From contig CBDDKY010000003.1 in NCBI GenBank assembly GCA_965230455.1, positions 110,948-174,947 of the forward strand: a DNA stretch of 64,000 nt. The letters run 5' to 3'. This document shows positions 20,157 to 35,182 of this stretch, piece after piece (within the stretch, counting starts at the first letter, position 1; each line of letters starts with the position of its first letter). The DNA is from Gammaproteobacteria bacterium. Lineage in GTDB: Bacteria > Pseudomonadota > Gammaproteobacteria > CBDDKY01. The notes under the pieces are model-generated. The model did no database searches. It was given only the letters and a program-made list of their open reading frames with translations, and was not told where the DNA came from. A program made the translations under genes and the position numbers.

Positions 20157-20474
20157 ATGACCACAAAAACTTACACCCAAGAGCAACGCCAAGCCTTACT
20201 GACCGCTCAAGCTGCCAGCGGCCTGTCAAAACCTGCTTTTTGTAAACGGGAAAATATTCGTTACTCTACCTTTAAAAACTGGGGTCGACGCAAGCCGACC
20301 AATAGTAACAAAAAAATATTAACAAGCAACAATAAATTTCAGCCCATCAAACTATCTGCACCCACGCCACCCGCTATGCTGCGGTTACGCAAACCCTGTG
20401 GCTTGCTTATCGAATTACCCTTGGATATTCCTCATCAGCAATTAAAATCTTTATTGACAGCATTAGAAATTTAG
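20157..20474 (+). CDS. tnpA: IS66 family accessory protein TnpA (orf1)
   Basis: 105 aa, first gene of the IS66 triplet. Confidence 0.7.
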   Translation: MTTKTYTQEQRQALLTAQAASGLSKPAFCKRENIRYSTFKNWGRRKPTNSNKKILTSNNKFQPIKLSAPTPPAMLRLRKPCGLLIELPLDIPHQQLKSLLTALEI

Positions 20475-20476
20475 TC

Positions 20477-20830
20477 ATGATAACGTTCAACGACAAACTA
20501 ACTATTATGGTGGCCATGGCACCCATCGACATGCGCTGCTCCATCGATGGCTTAACCTTAAAAATAATTTCAACCTTTGAACAAACACCGCAGTCGCCAA
20601 CGCTATTTTTATTTCATAACAAAAAAGGCGATAAAGTCAAAATGCTACTGTGGCACAAAAATGGTTTTGTGATGCTGTATAAACGGCTAGAGCAAGGACG
20701 CTTTAAGTTTCCTCGGCACCACGACGACATTCTGAATATCAGTCATGCACAACTCTACGGTTTGCTAGCTGGTTTTGATTTCATGCGTATGGCCGATTAT
20801 CCCGAGCTTGACTTTAGTCATTATTGTTAA
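20477..20830 (+). CDS. tnpB: IS66 family TnpB (IS66 Orf2-like)
   Basis: 117 aa. Conserved PIDMRCSIDGL..LFLFHNKKGDKVKMLLWHKNGF..YKRLEQGRF motif family. Confidence 0.8.
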   Translation: MITFNDKLTIMVAMAPIDMRCSIDGLTLKIISTFEQTPQSPTLFLFHNKKGDKVKMLLWHKNGFVMLYKRLEQGRFKFPRHHDDILNISHAQLYGLLAGFDFMRMADYPELDFSHYC

Positions 20831-20872
20831 AAAATAATAGGATTTCATGGGGGTATTTGGTATAATAACCCC

Positions 20873-22453
20873 ATGAAATCAAAGACAAAAAAAGAAAAAA
20901 CAACCAACGCCGCACTCTTGCAGCGCGTTCAATCGCTTGAAGAAAAACTTAAAAAATCTGACGAACAATTAAAAAAAATTGACGACAAATACCAGCGCCT
21001 ACTTGAACATTATAACCTTCTAAAGCATTTTCGCTTTGCCCGTAAAACAGAAAAAAATAGCCAACAGTTAGGACTATTCGATGAAGCAGGGATTAGCTTA
21101 GAAACCGACAACCCGCCTGAAGACAAAAAAGCCGCTGCAACACCCAAACAAAATGCCAAACCCAAAAAACGAGGTAAGCGTAAACCATTACCTACGGATT
21201 TGCCCCGTGAAGATATCATCGTTGATGTCAGTGACGCAGAAAAGAATTGTGATTGCTGTGGCAAACAACGCCCCTGTCTTGGTGAAGAAACCACTGAAAA
21301 GTTAGACATTGAACCCATTAAGATTAAAGTCATTTGCTACCGCCGCCCTAAATATGGCAATTGTTGCGAAGATAAAACAAATGGCCATGAAGGCGTGCTC
21401 ACCGCCAAGTTGCCCAATCTTTTTTTACCTAAATCGATTGCAGCCCCAGGATTGGCCGCACAGATTATCACGTCAAAATTTGAAGACCACCTGCCACTCT
21501 ATCGACAAACCGCCATTTGGAAACGTTACCACGTTGATTTAAGTCGCGCAACGCTTGGTAGGATTGTGATTAATAGCATGGCACACTGTCAGCCTTTGTA
21601 TGAATTGCTCAAAGAAAAAATTCTCAATCAATCCTATACGCAAGTAGATGAAACCCCACTTAAGATACTTAAGAAAAATAAACAAGCTTACATGTGGGTG
21701 TATGCCGCCGGCCCACCTGATAAAAGAACCATCGTTTTTGATTATCAGCCCTCACGTTCGGGCCAACACGCCAAGGATTTCTTGGAAGGCTTCAAGGGCC
21801 ATGTGCAATGTGATGGTTACAGCGGTTATCATTGGCTAGCTAACAGCACCAACATGAGTCGCGGCGGTTGCATGGCGCACGCCCGGCGCAAATTCCATGA
21901 CGTGTTAAAAATCAGCAAAGCCGAAGGACTGGCGCAACAAGCCATGGACATTATTGGCAGGCTGTACGACATTGAAAAAATAGCCAGAGAAAACGCATAC
22001 AGCGAACAACAGCGTTACCAACTACGTCAAGAAAAAGCGCTGCCGATTATTGAAGAATTAAAAACCTTCTTGGACACAAACAAAGACAAAGTACCGCCAC
22101 GTCATAAGCTAGGTGAAGCCTTTACCTACGCACTGAACCAATGGCAATATTTGGTTGCGTATTTAGATAACGGTGCTTATGAAATCGATAACAATATCGT
22201 GGAAAACCTTATTAGACCCTTTGCCATTGGCCGAAAAAACTGGCTATTCCACGGTAGTGACGAAGGCGCCAAAGCCGGCGCCATGTGTTACAGCTTAATT
22301 GCCACCGCCAAAGCCCACGGCCTGGAACCCTTTGCTTATCTTAATTATGTCTTTAACCACATCGCTCAATGCCAGAGCCGTGATGACATTGAAAAACTGC
22401 TGCCACACAATCTAACCACCGACATCATCACCCCAGCGGTCTCTAACAATTAA
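20873..22453 (+). CDS. tnpC: IS66 family transposase TnpC
   Basis: 526 aa with a leucine-zipper N-terminus, a CxxC zinc-ribbon (CDCCGKQ...CYRRPKYGNCC) and a DDE domain. Confidence 0.85.
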   Translation: MKSKTKKEKTTNAALLQRVQSLEEKLKKSDEQLKKIDDKYQRLLEHYNLLKHFRFARKTEKNSQQLGLFDEAGISLETDNPPEDKKAAATPKQNAKPKKRGKRKPLPTDLPREDIIVDVSDAEKNCDCCGKQRPCLGEETTEKLDIEPIKIKVICYRRPKYGNCCEDKTNGHEGVLTAKLPNLFLPKSIAAPGLAAQIITSKFEDHLPLYRQTAIWKRYHVDLSRATLGRIVINSMAHCQPLYELLKEKILNQSYTQVDETPLKILKKNKQAYMWVYAAGPPDKRTIVFDYQPSRSGQHAKDFLEGFKGHVQCDGYSGYHWLANSTNMSRGGCMAHARRKFHDVLKISKAEGLAQQAMDIIGRLYDIEKIARENAYSEQQRYQLRQEKALPIIEELKTFLDTNKDKVPPRHKLGEAFTYALNQWQYLVAYLDNGAYEIDNNIVENLIRPFAIGRKNWLFHGSDEGAKAGAMCYSLIATAKAHGLEPFAYLNYVFNHIAQCQSRDDIEKLLPHNLTTDIITPAVSNN

Positions 22454-23107
22454 TATTCGAAAAGTTAAGATGGGTTCGTGAGACGTTTACCTGGCTTTAC
22501 TCAGAACCAACCCTGATAACATGACTGAAAACAAGATAAAAAAAAGGGATGACTTCTTAAAAAGCCATCCCGCTATCGAGGCCATTTATCAATTTCAACA
22601 GCACCTCTATCAACTCTTAATGCATAAAACCCTCAATCGTAACAAAGCCGCTACCTTGGTTCCTGAACTCCTCGAGAGCATTCAGCAACTCAAAAACAGT
22701 CCCTTTAAATCACTGGCTACTCTGGGGAACACCTTGATCAATGGCGGGAGGAAATAGCCAGAATGTGGCGCTTTACCAAATCTAATGGCATCACTGAGGG
22801 CTTCCATCGTAAAATGAAATTGATTCAACGAAGAGCCTATGGCTTTAGAAATTTTGAAAACTACAGACTACGTGTTAGAGTCCTATGTCGATAAATAAGT
22901 GCCCCCTAAAGTGGGAAAGACCCAACTTATAGATTGCTTGTTAGAGCTCTATACCAAGGATAAATGCTACCCTAAAGTAAGGAAGGCTCCCATAGCATTA
23001 TCCATTAGTTTAGAGACAAAGCTAGAACAAGTGCCGTCTATTTGCCGTCTGTTTTGAAATTATCAATATAGGGATGGAGAAAAAATTTCGTAAGCCTTTG
23101 ATTTAAT

Positions 23108-23184
<77 letters not shown>

Positions 23185-23190
23185 TTATGA

Positions 23191-25056
23191 TTACTCTTCT
23201 TGTTCAAGGAAGCTGCGCAACACTTCAGAACGAGTAGGATGGCGCAGTTTACGCAAAGCCTTGGCTTCAATTTGACGAATGCGCTCTCGTGTCACGTCAA
23301 ACTGCTTTCCAACTTCTTCCAATGTGTGATCGGTATTCATGCCGATACCAAAACGCATTCTCAATACTTTCGCTTCTCTCGGAGTTAAACCAGATAATAT
23401 AAGATTTGTAGCTTCTTGTAAATTCTCTAACGTGGCGCTATCCACCGGAGAGGCCACATTAACGTCTTCAATGAAGTCACCCAGATGCGAATCTTCATCA
23501 TCACCGATGGGTGTCTCCATGGAAATAGGTTCTTTCGCAATTTTAAGGACTTTGCGAATTTTGTCTTCCGGCATTTCCATGTGTATAGCTAACTCTTCAG
23601 GCGTTGGCTCTTCTCCACGCTCTTGCAAAATTTGACGTGAGATACGATTAAGTTTATTGATGGTTTCTATCATATGCACAGGTATACGAATCGTTCTTGC
23701 TTGGTCTGCAATAGAGCGAGTAATGGCTTGTCTAATCCACCATGTCGCATAGGTTGAGAATTTGTATCCACGTCGATATTCAAATTTATCCACTGCTTTC
23801 ATCAGACCAACGTTGCCTTCTTGAATTAAATCAAGGAATTGTAGACCGCGATTAGTGTACTTTTTCGCGATGGAAATCACTAAACGAAGATTGGCTTCCA
23901 CCATTTCTTTCTTGGCATGTCGCGCTTTTGCTTCGCCATGTGACATTTGACGATTAATTTCTTTAATTTCAGCAATGGATAAATCTGTACTACGTTCTAA
24001 CGCTAAAAGTTTTCTTTGAGCGCGCAAAATCTCAGGTCGATAATCCAACAAAATATCGCGATAAAGCTCATTGCTGGGAAGATAAACTTCATCAAACCAA
24101 TTTAGATTCACTTCATTCCCTGGAAAAGCATCAATGAACTGTTTACGCGGTAAACGGGGCTTGACGATACAATACTCCATAATAATGCGCTCTTGTGCGC
24201 GCACGCTTTCTAAAAAGCTTCGTATTCTACGACAAAGCTTATCGAATTGCTTCGGCGTTAACTTAAGTTTCATAAAGGCCGCAGACATCGTTTCTAAAGC
24301 ACGCTTTGTTGTTTTATGAGATCTGTCCTGCTTAGCTAAAGCAGTAGCAGCCTTCTTATAGGCTTTAGCAAGTTCATCAAAATGCTTACGCACTTCTTCA
24401 GGATCAGGGCCTCTCGGCTGTTCATCCGAGTCTTCCTCACGGGCTGCTGCAGCGGGAGTAGAAGCATCAGCACTATTTTCTCCTGCACTTGCCGTATCCA
24501 GCATAGATCCTACATTGGCAGGAGCGGCCTCATCGGGAGAATCAGGATCAATGAAGCCTGAAACCAGGTCTCCAAATGATTGAGGCTCATCTTTAATGGC
24601 ATCATATTGATTTAAAATATCTTCAACAATACCAGGATAGAAACTAATGGCCGATAGGACTTGACGAATCCCCTCTTCGATTCGCTTAGCAATCTCAATT
24701 TCGCCTTTGCGCGTTAGAAGCTCAACAGAGCCCATTTCACGCATATACATACGCACAGGATCGGTGGTCCGACCAAATTCATTATCAGCAACAGAAAGCA
24801 AATCCGTAGCTGCTTCTACCAATTCTTCTTCATCAGGCGCTTCAGATTGCAGCTGTTCTAGTACATGCTCATCTGGTTTGGTTTCGTAAACAGGGATACC
24901 CATTTCACTGATGGTGTGAATAATCTCTTCAAAACGCTCTGGATCGATAATTTCAGGAGGTAGATGATCATTAACATCTGCATAGGTTAAATAACGCTGC
25001 TCTCGACCTAATGCAATCAAACTAGCGATTTGGGATTTTTGTTCCGCGTCACTCAA
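23191..25056 (-). CDS. rpoD: RNA polymerase sigma-70 factor RpoD
   Basis: 621 aa with conserved regions 1.1-4.2 ([32 protein letters not shown], acidic spacer, C-terminal HTH). Confidence 0.95.
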   Translation of the reverse strand: MSDAEQKSQIASLIALGREQRYLTYADVNDHLPPEIIDPERFEEIIHTISEMGIPVYETKPDEHVLEQLQSEAPDEEELVEAATDLLSVADNEFGRTTDPVRMYMREMGSVELLTRKGEIEIAKRIEEGIRQVLSAISFYPGIVEDILNQYDAIKDEPQSFGDLVSGFIDPDSPDEAAPANVGSMLDTASAGENSADASTPAAAAREEDSDEQPRGPDPEEVRKHFDELAKAYKKAATALAKQDRSHKTTKRALETMSAAFMKLKLTPKQFDKLCRRIRSFLESVRAQERIIMEYCIVKPRLPRKQFIDAFPGNEVNLNWFDEVYLPSNELYRDILLDYRPEILRAQRKLLALERSTDLSIAEIKEINRQMSHGEAKARHAKKEMVEANLRLVISIAKKYTNRGLQFLDLIQEGNVGLMKAVDKFEYRRGYKFSTYATWWIRQAITRSIADQARTIRIPVHMIETINKLNRISRQILQERGEEPTPEELAIHMEMPEDKIRKVLKIAKEPISMETPIGDDEDSHLGDFIEDVNVASPVDSATLENLQEATNLILSGLTPREAKVLRMRFGIGMNTDHTLEEVGKQFDVTRERIRQIEAKALRKLRHPTRSEVLRSFLEQEE

Positions 25057-25194
25057 TGTTACAAGCCCTATTGATTTTGTTTTACTGTTTATAAGAATTG
25101 GATTAATTCAGCTTGTTGCCTGGCTTCACCCTAAGGAAACATAACAGCACATTCTAAAATAAAATTGAATAAAAATCTAGTTATTATTACAACA

Positions 25195-25290
25195 ACCAGC
25201 AACAATTCCCGCTAGGAATTGCTCACAAATCGCGTGGGCGAAATCAATAACACAAAACTATTCCTGCAACATTGCTGCGAAAAATATTTG
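25195..25290. repeat. Family C small repeat (short form)
   Basis: caattcccgctaggaattgctcacaaatcgcgtgggcgaaatcaataacacaaaactattcctgcaacattgctgcgaaaaatat matches the inverted copy at 5690..5835. Confidence 0.5.
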
Positions 25291-25475
25291 CTTAAGTAAT
25301 TATCCTAAAATCAGCAGTAAATCGCGTCTTTTTGGTGTAACAGATTGATTTAGATAAGGAAACTAAAAAAGCGGTATACACCTTATTGGTGATGGAGACT
25401 TTTTTTGTTTTCTTAGATGAATCAAGATGTTATCGCCAAAAACGTGATTTAACTGCTGATTTTAGGATTATAACC
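25290..25475. repeat. MITE-like element, family B, complete copy (~185 bp)
   Basis: Termini atcctaaaatcagcagtaaatcgcg ... cgtgatttaactgctgattttaggat. Left half recurs at 40108 and both halves (split) at 52215-52505. Confidence 0.65.
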
Positions 25476-25519
25476 TGCTGATAATTATAATTAGTTAAAG
25501 CTAGCGGGCATCGGGCATT

Positions 25520-25560
25520 GCTAAAAAAAGCAAAAAAAAAGCCCGTACGTTACGGGCTTT
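25520..25560 (-). terminator. Rho-independent terminator downstream of the 5S rRNA
   Basis: Hairpin aaagcccgtacgttacgggcttt flanked by A/T runs; on the minus strand it gives a stem followed by a U-tract. Confidence 0.6.
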
Positions 25561-25561
25561 C

Positions 25562-25678
25562 CAAATTAAAACCTGGTAATGTCCTACTTTCACATGGGGA
25601 AACCCCACACTATCATCGGCGCTGAGTAGTTTCACTTCTGAGGTCGAAATGGGGTCAGGTGGGACCTACTCGCTATGA
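25562..25678 (-). rRNA. rrf: 5S ribosomal RNA
   Basis: Reverse complement matches 5S consensus (..cctggtgatcatagcgagtaggtcccacctgaccccatttcgacctcagaagtgaaac..gccgatgatagtgtggggtttccccatgtgaaagtaggacattaccaggt). Confidence 0.85.
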
Positions 25679-25769
25679 TCACCAGGAAAATCATTAACAC
25701 AAAAACTACAAACTTCTTCATTTCTCAATACAACTCGACAATAACCCAACATATACTCAACTATATGGT

Positions 25770-28672
<2,903 letters not shown>

Positions 28673-28924
28673 TCTTGACCATATAATTCAATATACGTTC
28701 CCTCTGGCCCTTTTAAACCAGAGACTAGAAATTATTCTCTTCGTCATACTTCGTTACTTGGAAACCCATTTGAACACACTTCTCAGTATGCACAACGGTA
28801 CTCGTGTTTCCAAGCTTAACGCTTGTAGTTTTTGTGTCCTAATTTTTAATGAGCTAATCACAAAAAGTGATAAAAAAATCAGCTTGGCTGACTTTTTTAT
28901 GACTTCTTTTCAAATATCCAGATG

Positions 28925-29000
28925 TGGTGGAGCTAGGCGGGATCGAACCGCCGACCCCCTGCGTGCAAAGCAGGTGCTCTCCCAGCTGAGCTACAGCCCC
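28925..29000 (-). tRNA. tRNA-Ala (UGC) in the 16S-23S spacer
   Basis: Reverse complement GGGGCTGTAGCTCAGCTGGGAGAGCACCTGCTTTGCACGCAGGGGGTCGGCGGTTCGATCCCGCCTAGCTCCACCA. Confidence 0.9.
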
Positions 29001-29022
29001 ATTTCTCGATAAATCAACAAAC

Positions 29023-29046
29023 AATCTGTGTGGGCCCAAGGTCACG
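29023..29046 (-). other. 16S processing stem, 3-prime half (pairs with 30938..30960); likely RNase III site
   Basis: caatctgtgtgggcccaaggtcac is complementary to accttgggcccacacagattgtc, and the two halves flank the 16S. Confidence 0.55.
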
Positions 29047-29237
29047 AACCTATTGATAAGTCATCTTTTTGTCCAAATACTTCGTTAAATTATTAGCTCC
29101 GCTGATCATGTATTAATATACACTCCTCCGCTTGCTAACAATTTGCCTCGTCTTTGAACAAAATTCTCTAACTCTCAACAGCTCCGTTAGAACCACCGCC
29201 AAAGATTGGTTATTCTCTAGCATAACTAGCAATAACT

Positions 29238-30782
<1,545 letters not shown>

Positions 30783-31009
30783 TATGTTGTTAAGTTCGAC
30801 CCTAAGCAATCAGTCTGCACTGTTTGCTTAAGTTAATCTTTACATCAGGCTTCTCTAGCTGAAAAACATGACGCAAGACTGTTTTTTTAGGTTTCTCTTT
30901 GACGGTGGTCCCAATTTACTGCCTAAACAGCTTTAACCTTGGGCCCACACAGATTGTCTATTTTCTCGTTGTTAAGGAACTCTGCTTACCGCTTTCTGCG
31001 GCAAGGACG

Positions 31010-31045
31010 TGCAATTCTATACTCCTACACGATAATGTCAAGACT
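31010..31045 (-). promoter_or_regulatory. Candidate rRNA operon promoter (sigma-70 type)
   Basis: Minus strand reads cTTGACAttatcgtgtaggagtaTAGAATtgcacgtccttgccgc: -35 TTGACA, 16-nt spacer, -10 TAGAAT, GC-rich discriminator, AT-rich upstream. Confidence 0.5.
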
Positions 31046-31116
31046 TATTCTGAAAAAAGGTTAAAATATTTTTGATAACCGGAAAAATAGATCAAAAAAA
31101 GACTTTTTGTTGACTT

Positions 31117-32334
31117 TTAAACCTCTATTTTGACGCGCGCGAAACGACGTTTACCCACTTGATAAACATGTTCTGCTCCGCTTTCTGCTATAAAATGCGT
31201 ATCAGCAATCTTTTCCCCATCACACCGAACAGCGCCTTGACGAATCATGCGCATCCCTTCAGAAGAGCTAGCCACAAGTCCCACCTCTTTCAGCAGATTC
31301 GCAATAGGCAAGCCTCCCGCATCAGATGCTTTCAGCACATATTCAGGCATATCATCAGGCATAGCACCTTGCTGAAAGCGTTGAATAAAATCAGCATGAG
31401 CAGCTTCAGCTGCCTGTTTATCATGAAAACGCTGAATAATTTCCATAGCAAAAGCAATTTTAACATCCCGAGGATTGCCACCATCATGCACCTGATCATG
31501 CCATTGTTGAATATCTGCTTCTGGCTTCAAACTCAATAACTCAATATAACGCCACATTAATTCATCAGACAAGGACATGATTTTACCAAACATACTTTCT
31601 GCAGGCTCTTGTATTCCAATGTAATTATCTAAAGATTTCGACATTTTCTTCACGCCATCTAACCCTTCGATCAATGGCAAGGTAATGATAACCTGTGGTT
31701 CTTGACCTGCTTGCTTTTGCAACTCTCGCCCCATCAACAAATTAAATTTCTGGTCGGTTCCTCCCAGCTCAACATCTGCTTTTAGCTCAACAGAATCATG
31801 CCCTTGCATCAACGGATACAAAAATTCGTGGATGGCAATGGGCTGCCCTGATTGATAGCGTTTATGGAAATCATCTCGTTCCAACATGCGTGCAACGGTG
31901 TGGCTTGCAGCTAAACGAATCAAATCAGCAGCTGATAGGTTATCCATCCAGGTGGAATTAAACATCACTTGGGTCTTTTCTTTATCTAGGACACGAAAGA
32001 CTTGCTCTTGATAAGTCTTAGCATTGGCCTGTACCTGCTCTTTTGTTAGTGGCTTTCGGGTTACATTTTTTCCCGTAGGGTCACCGATTAACCCTGTAAA
32101 GTCACCGATAAGAAAAATAACCTCGTGTCCTAAGTCCTGAAATTGACGTAGTTTATTCAATAAAACCGTATGCCCGAGATGCAAATCCGGTGCTGTGGGG
32201 TCAAAACCCGCCTTAATTCGCAAAGGTCTTCCTTGTCGAAGTTTTGCGATTAACCCCTCTTCTTGTATAATTTCCTCTGCACCACGTTTTATAATGGCTA
32301 AAGACTTATCGGTCATCATAAAAAAATCTCCCAC
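31117..32334 (-). CDS. tyrS: Tyrosine--tRNA ligase
   Basis: HIGH motif [17 protein letters not shown] motif [11 protein letters not shown]-terminal S4 domain. Confidence 0.95.
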   Translation of the reverse strand: MGDFFMMTDKSLAIIKRGAEEIIQEEGLIAKLRQGRPLRIKAGFDPTAPDLHLGHTVLLNKLRQFQDLGHEVIFLIGDFTGLIGDPTGKNVTRKPLTKEQVQANAKTYQEQVFRVLDKEKTQVMFNSTWMDNLSAADLIRLAASHTVARMLERDDFHKRYQSGQPIAIHEFLYPLMQGHDSVELKADVELGGTDQKFNLLMGRELQKQAGQEPQVIITLPLIEGLDGVKKMSKSLDNYIGIQEPAESMFGKIMSLSDELMWRYIELLSLKPEADIQQWHDQVHDGGNPRDVKIAFAMEIIQRFHDKQAAEAAHADFIQRFQQGAMPDDMPEYVLKASDAGGLPIANLLKEVGLVASSSEGMRMIRQGAVRCDGEKIADTHFIAESGAEHVYQVGKRRFARVKIEV

Positions 32335-32376
32335 TATCGCGGTGGTCTAATAGTTCTAATAATTTTAAGTATTGCT

Positions 32377-33717
32377 ATGAATTCAAATACAAAAGCCCTA
32401 AGGCGCTTTATCTCTCACTTGCACCTTTATCAATTTCGTTACCTATTTTTACTCTGTTTAGTAGCCTTATTAGCTTTTGCTACTACCTATTGGCTAATTC
32501 CAAGCACTGAAAACCCGCATTCTATCATCACTCCTTCTGTAACCGCAAAATCAACCCCTCCTGAAAGAGAGGGCCAAGTAGCGCCTCAAGATAATCTGTT
32601 AACGAGAACAGAAGACAACATAAGTCCACCCTGGCATAAGGTTATTGTCAAATCAGGTGATAATCTTTCTCTGATTTTCAAAAAAAATAAACTTTCACAG
32701 CAACAATTGGCTGAGATTTTAAAACTTGGAAAAGCTGTTAAACCTTTAAAAAACTTAAAACCAGGGCAGGTCCTCAGTTTTCAAATTGATGAAAACGGCC
32801 AATTACAGGCCCTGCGTTACAACCCCCAGATCAATGAAACATTACTTATCTCTCAAGCACCTACAGGTTTTAAAGCAGAACAAAAAAAAGAACCTTTAAC
32901 TCACCGCCTAGTTCAAACTGAAGGCACCGTCCACCACTCCCTTTATGTTGCAGGCGTGAAAGCTGGTTTGTCTGATGTGCTTATCATGGAGTTTGCCAAC
33001 ATTTTTGCCTGGGATATTGATTTAGCCCGCGAGGTACAAAAGGGAGACCAGTTCAAACTAATATATGATGCCTATTATTACGATGGCAAATGGATTAAAA
33101 ATGGGGATATCTTAGCGGCTGAATTAGACCACGATGGCAAAGATATTGAGGCCATACGCTATACGGACCAAAAAGGCAGAACCAGCTATTACACCCCCAA
33201 GGGCTATAATTTGCAAAAAGCTTTTTTACGAACACCATTACATTATCAACGCATTAGCTCGCTATTCAACCCGCACCGAAAACACCCCATCCTCAATCGC
33301 ATTCGTGCTCACCAGGGTGTTGATTACGCCGCACCTCGCGGAACGCCCATCAAAGCGGCAGGGGACGGTCGAATAATTTTTCGGGGCCGCAAAGGCGGAT
33401 ATGGTAATACTATTATTTTGAGCCACGGCAACCGTTACACCACGCTTTACGGACATATGCAACGTTTTTCAAAGAAATTTCATCGTGGAAGTTATGTAAA
33501 ACAAGGACAAATAATTGGATATGTCGGGAGCACGGGCCTTGCTACTGGGCCACATTTACACTACGAATTCCGCATCAATGGCAAGCATTATGACCCGCTA
33601 AAAGTAAAGCTGCCTCAGGCAAAGCCTATACCTATATCAGAACGGGAACGCTTTCAAAAACAAGCACAAAAAATGCTCGCGCTCCTGAAAAACGATAAAT
33701 ATAAGGTGTTAAGCTAG
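32377..33717 (+). CDS. LysM / M23 family murein endopeptidase (MepM/YebA-like)
   Basis: N-terminal TM, LysM-like segment (HKVIVKSGDNLSLIFKK), M23 catalytic motifs HQGVDYAAPRGTPIKAAGDG and GPHLHYEF. Confidence 0.85.
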   Translation: MNSNTKALRRFISHLHLYQFRYLFLLCLVALLAFATTYWLIPSTENPHSIITPSVTAKSTPPEREGQVAPQDNLLTRTEDNISPPWHKVIVKSGDNLSLIFKKNKLSQQQLAEILKLGKAVKPLKNLKPGQVLSFQIDENGQLQALRYNPQINETLLISQAPTGFKAEQKKEPLTHRLVQTEGTVHHSLYVAGVKAGLSDVLIMEFANIFAWDIDLAREVQKGDQFKLIYDAYYYDGKWIKNGDILAAELDHDGKDIEAIRYTDQKGRTSYYTPKGYNLQKAFLRTPLHYQRISSLFNPHRKHPILNRIRAHQGVDYAAPRGTPIKAAGDGRIIFRGRKGGYGNTIILSHGNRYTTLYGHMQRFSKKFHRGSYVKQGQIIGYVGSTGLATGPHLHYEFRINGKHYDPLKVKLPQAKPIPISERERFQKQAQKMLALLKNDKYKVLS

Positions 33718-33729
33718 GATCTGTTGATA

Positions 33730-33845
33730 ATCCTAAAATCCTCAGTTGAAATCGTCGCGAGGCCGACTTAGTTGCTGAAAAAAAATCCTTTAGATTCAGT
33801 GAGTTAGGCGGCCGCAGTAGATTTCAACTGCGGAATTTAGGATAA
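33730..33845. repeat. MITE family A, short variant (copy 2, ~116 bp) with an inverted core
   Basis: atcctaaaatcctcagttgaaatcgtcgcgaggccgacttagttgctgaa...gtgagttaggcggccgcagtagatttcaactgcggaatttaggata. Confidence 0.65.
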
Positions 33846-33925
33846 TCTTAAATTCCACCGTTCAACAACTCAGTCGCTTGCGATCGCGTTGTCGGTTGGA
33901 CAAAAAGATGAATGGTCAATAGACC

Positions 33926-34330
33926 CTAAACCGAAAAAGACGACCCGCACCCACAGGTAGTCTGTGCATTAGGATTGCGAATAACGAATTGCTCACCATA
34001 GAGGTCTTTCTTATAGTCGATTTCAGCGCCCATCAGATATTGGTAACTCATAGGATCAATGACTAATCGGACAACACCGCCACCTTCGTCACCCTCGTCT
34101 TCATCATCCTGGCATTTTTTTTCAATAACCGTATCTCCATCATTGATGGATTCATCAAAGGTAAAGCCATACTGAAGTCCAGAGCAACCGCCACCGGTGA
34201 CAAAAACACGCAGCTTAAGGTCATGATTCTGCTCTTCTTTAATGAGTGCTAACACCTTACAGGCCGCTTGATCAGTAAAAACTAAAGCCGTCTCTTGTGC
34301 CGAAAATTGCTGTACAGCAGAGGTACTCAT
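33926..34330 (-). CDS. erpA: Iron-sulfur cluster insertion protein, ErpA/IscA family (start taken at the internal Met)
   Basis: [36 protein letters not shown]...CGCGSSF (three conserved Cys of A-type carriers). Carries an unusual acidic insert [12 protein letters not shown]. The longer track ORF adds 18 poorly supported residues. Confidence 0.8.
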   Translation of the reverse strand: MSTSAVQQFSAQETALVFTDQAACKVLALIKEEQNHDLKLRVFVTGGGCSGLQYGFTFDESINDGDTVIEKKCQDDEDEGDEGGGVVRLVIDPMSYQYLMGAEIDYKKDLYGEQFVIRNPNAQTTCGCGSSFSV

Positions 34331-34472
34331 TATTGCGATGTCTCCAAAGGAAAGCTCATATCTTAACCAATAGACGATTATCACCTATTGAGCAAGCTCC
34401 AGTCAAGCACTCTCATTTGCAATAGAGAGTTTTTTCCTATACTCTCAGAGAGTTACACAAAAGGAGCCTACT

Positions 34473-34889
34473 ATGCTTTGGGTTAAGAGTTTTCATATAT
34501 TCTTTGTTGTTTGCTGGTTTGCTGGTATTTTCTATTTACCACGACTTTTTGTCTATCATGCCAACACTGAGGACCAGGCAGGGCAGGAACGTTTCTGTAT
34601 CATGGAACGCAAGCTCTACCGCGGCATCATGATGCCCTGCGGTATTTTGGCTACGTTACTTGGCATCTGGCTCATTATGCTCTTACCCGCCTACGCGAAA
34701 GCCGGCTGGTTTCACGCCAAAATGCTATTAGTTATTTTGGTCTGGGCCTATCACCTTTATTGTGGATGCCTTAGGAAAGCTTTTGCTAAAGGGCAGAATA
34801 AACACAGCCATATTTTTTATCGCTGGTTTAATGAAATTCCTGTCATCTTTTTGTTGGGCATCATTATTTTTACGGTAGTCAAACCTTAG
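34473..34889 (+). CDS. hemJ: Protoporphyrinogen IX oxidase HemJ-type membrane protein (UPF0093/CopD-like)
   Basis: 138 aa. FHIFFVVCWFAGIFYLPRLFVYHA and 4 TMs typical of HemJ. Neighbours are heme genes (hemL). Confidence 0.75.
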   Translation: MLWVKSFHIFFVVCWFAGIFYLPRLFVYHANTEDQAGQERFCIMERKLYRGIMMPCGILATLLGIWLIMLLPAYAKAGWFHAKMLLVILVWAYHLYCGCLRKAFAKGQNKHSHIFYRWFNEIPVIFLLGIIIFTVVKP

Positions 34890-34978
34890 GAACTGTTGAC
34901 AAAACACCCCCCCTCGGCGTTTAATACGCTTAAATTTTAACTTATTTAATGACATTCATCCCCGCTGGGAGGCTCAAA

Positions 34979-35173
34979 ATGACCCAAGAAACTAAAACAG
35001 ATATCCAATACAAACAGTACATGTGTTTGCTTTGTGGTTATATTTATGATGAAGCTGTTGGCTGGCCAGACGATGGTATTGCCGCTGGAACACGCTGGGA
35101 AGATGTACCCATGACCTGGGTTTGCCCTGACTGTGGTGGCTGTAAAGAAGATTTTGATATGGTAGAAATTTAG
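34979..35173 (+). CDS. Rubredoxin
   Basis: [46 protein letters not shown] carries two CxxCG knuckles. GGGAGG RBS before the ATG at 34979 (track ORF 34949 is extended). Confidence 0.85.
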   Translation: MTQETKTDIQYKQYMCLLCGYIYDEAVGWPDDGIAAGTRWEDVPMTWVCPDCGGCKEDFDMVEI

Positions 35174-35182
35174 GAACAATCA

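Larger units (their letters stand above)
20073..22489 (+). mobile_element. IS66-family insertion sequence (tnpA, tnpB, tnpC) with an 8-bp target duplication ctggcttt
   Basis: IRs gtaagcgtctcagcaacccc / gggttcgtgagacgtttac. Three ORFs of typical IS66 organisation. ctggcttt is present at 20065-20072 and 22490-22497. Confidence 0.8.
19870..22900 (+). pseudogene. ISL3-family element remnant: left IR, internally deleted transposase, split by the IS66 insertion
   Basis: ggcattttaatcaatgttag IR at 19870. MAVADRFHVIRLMQYH.. runs into IS66 at 20072. Coding resumes after 22490 (..KAATLVPELLESIQQLKNSPF..ITEGFHRKMKLIQRRAYGFRNFENYRLRV, ISL3 C-terminus, with a frameshift near 22757). Confidence 0.6.
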
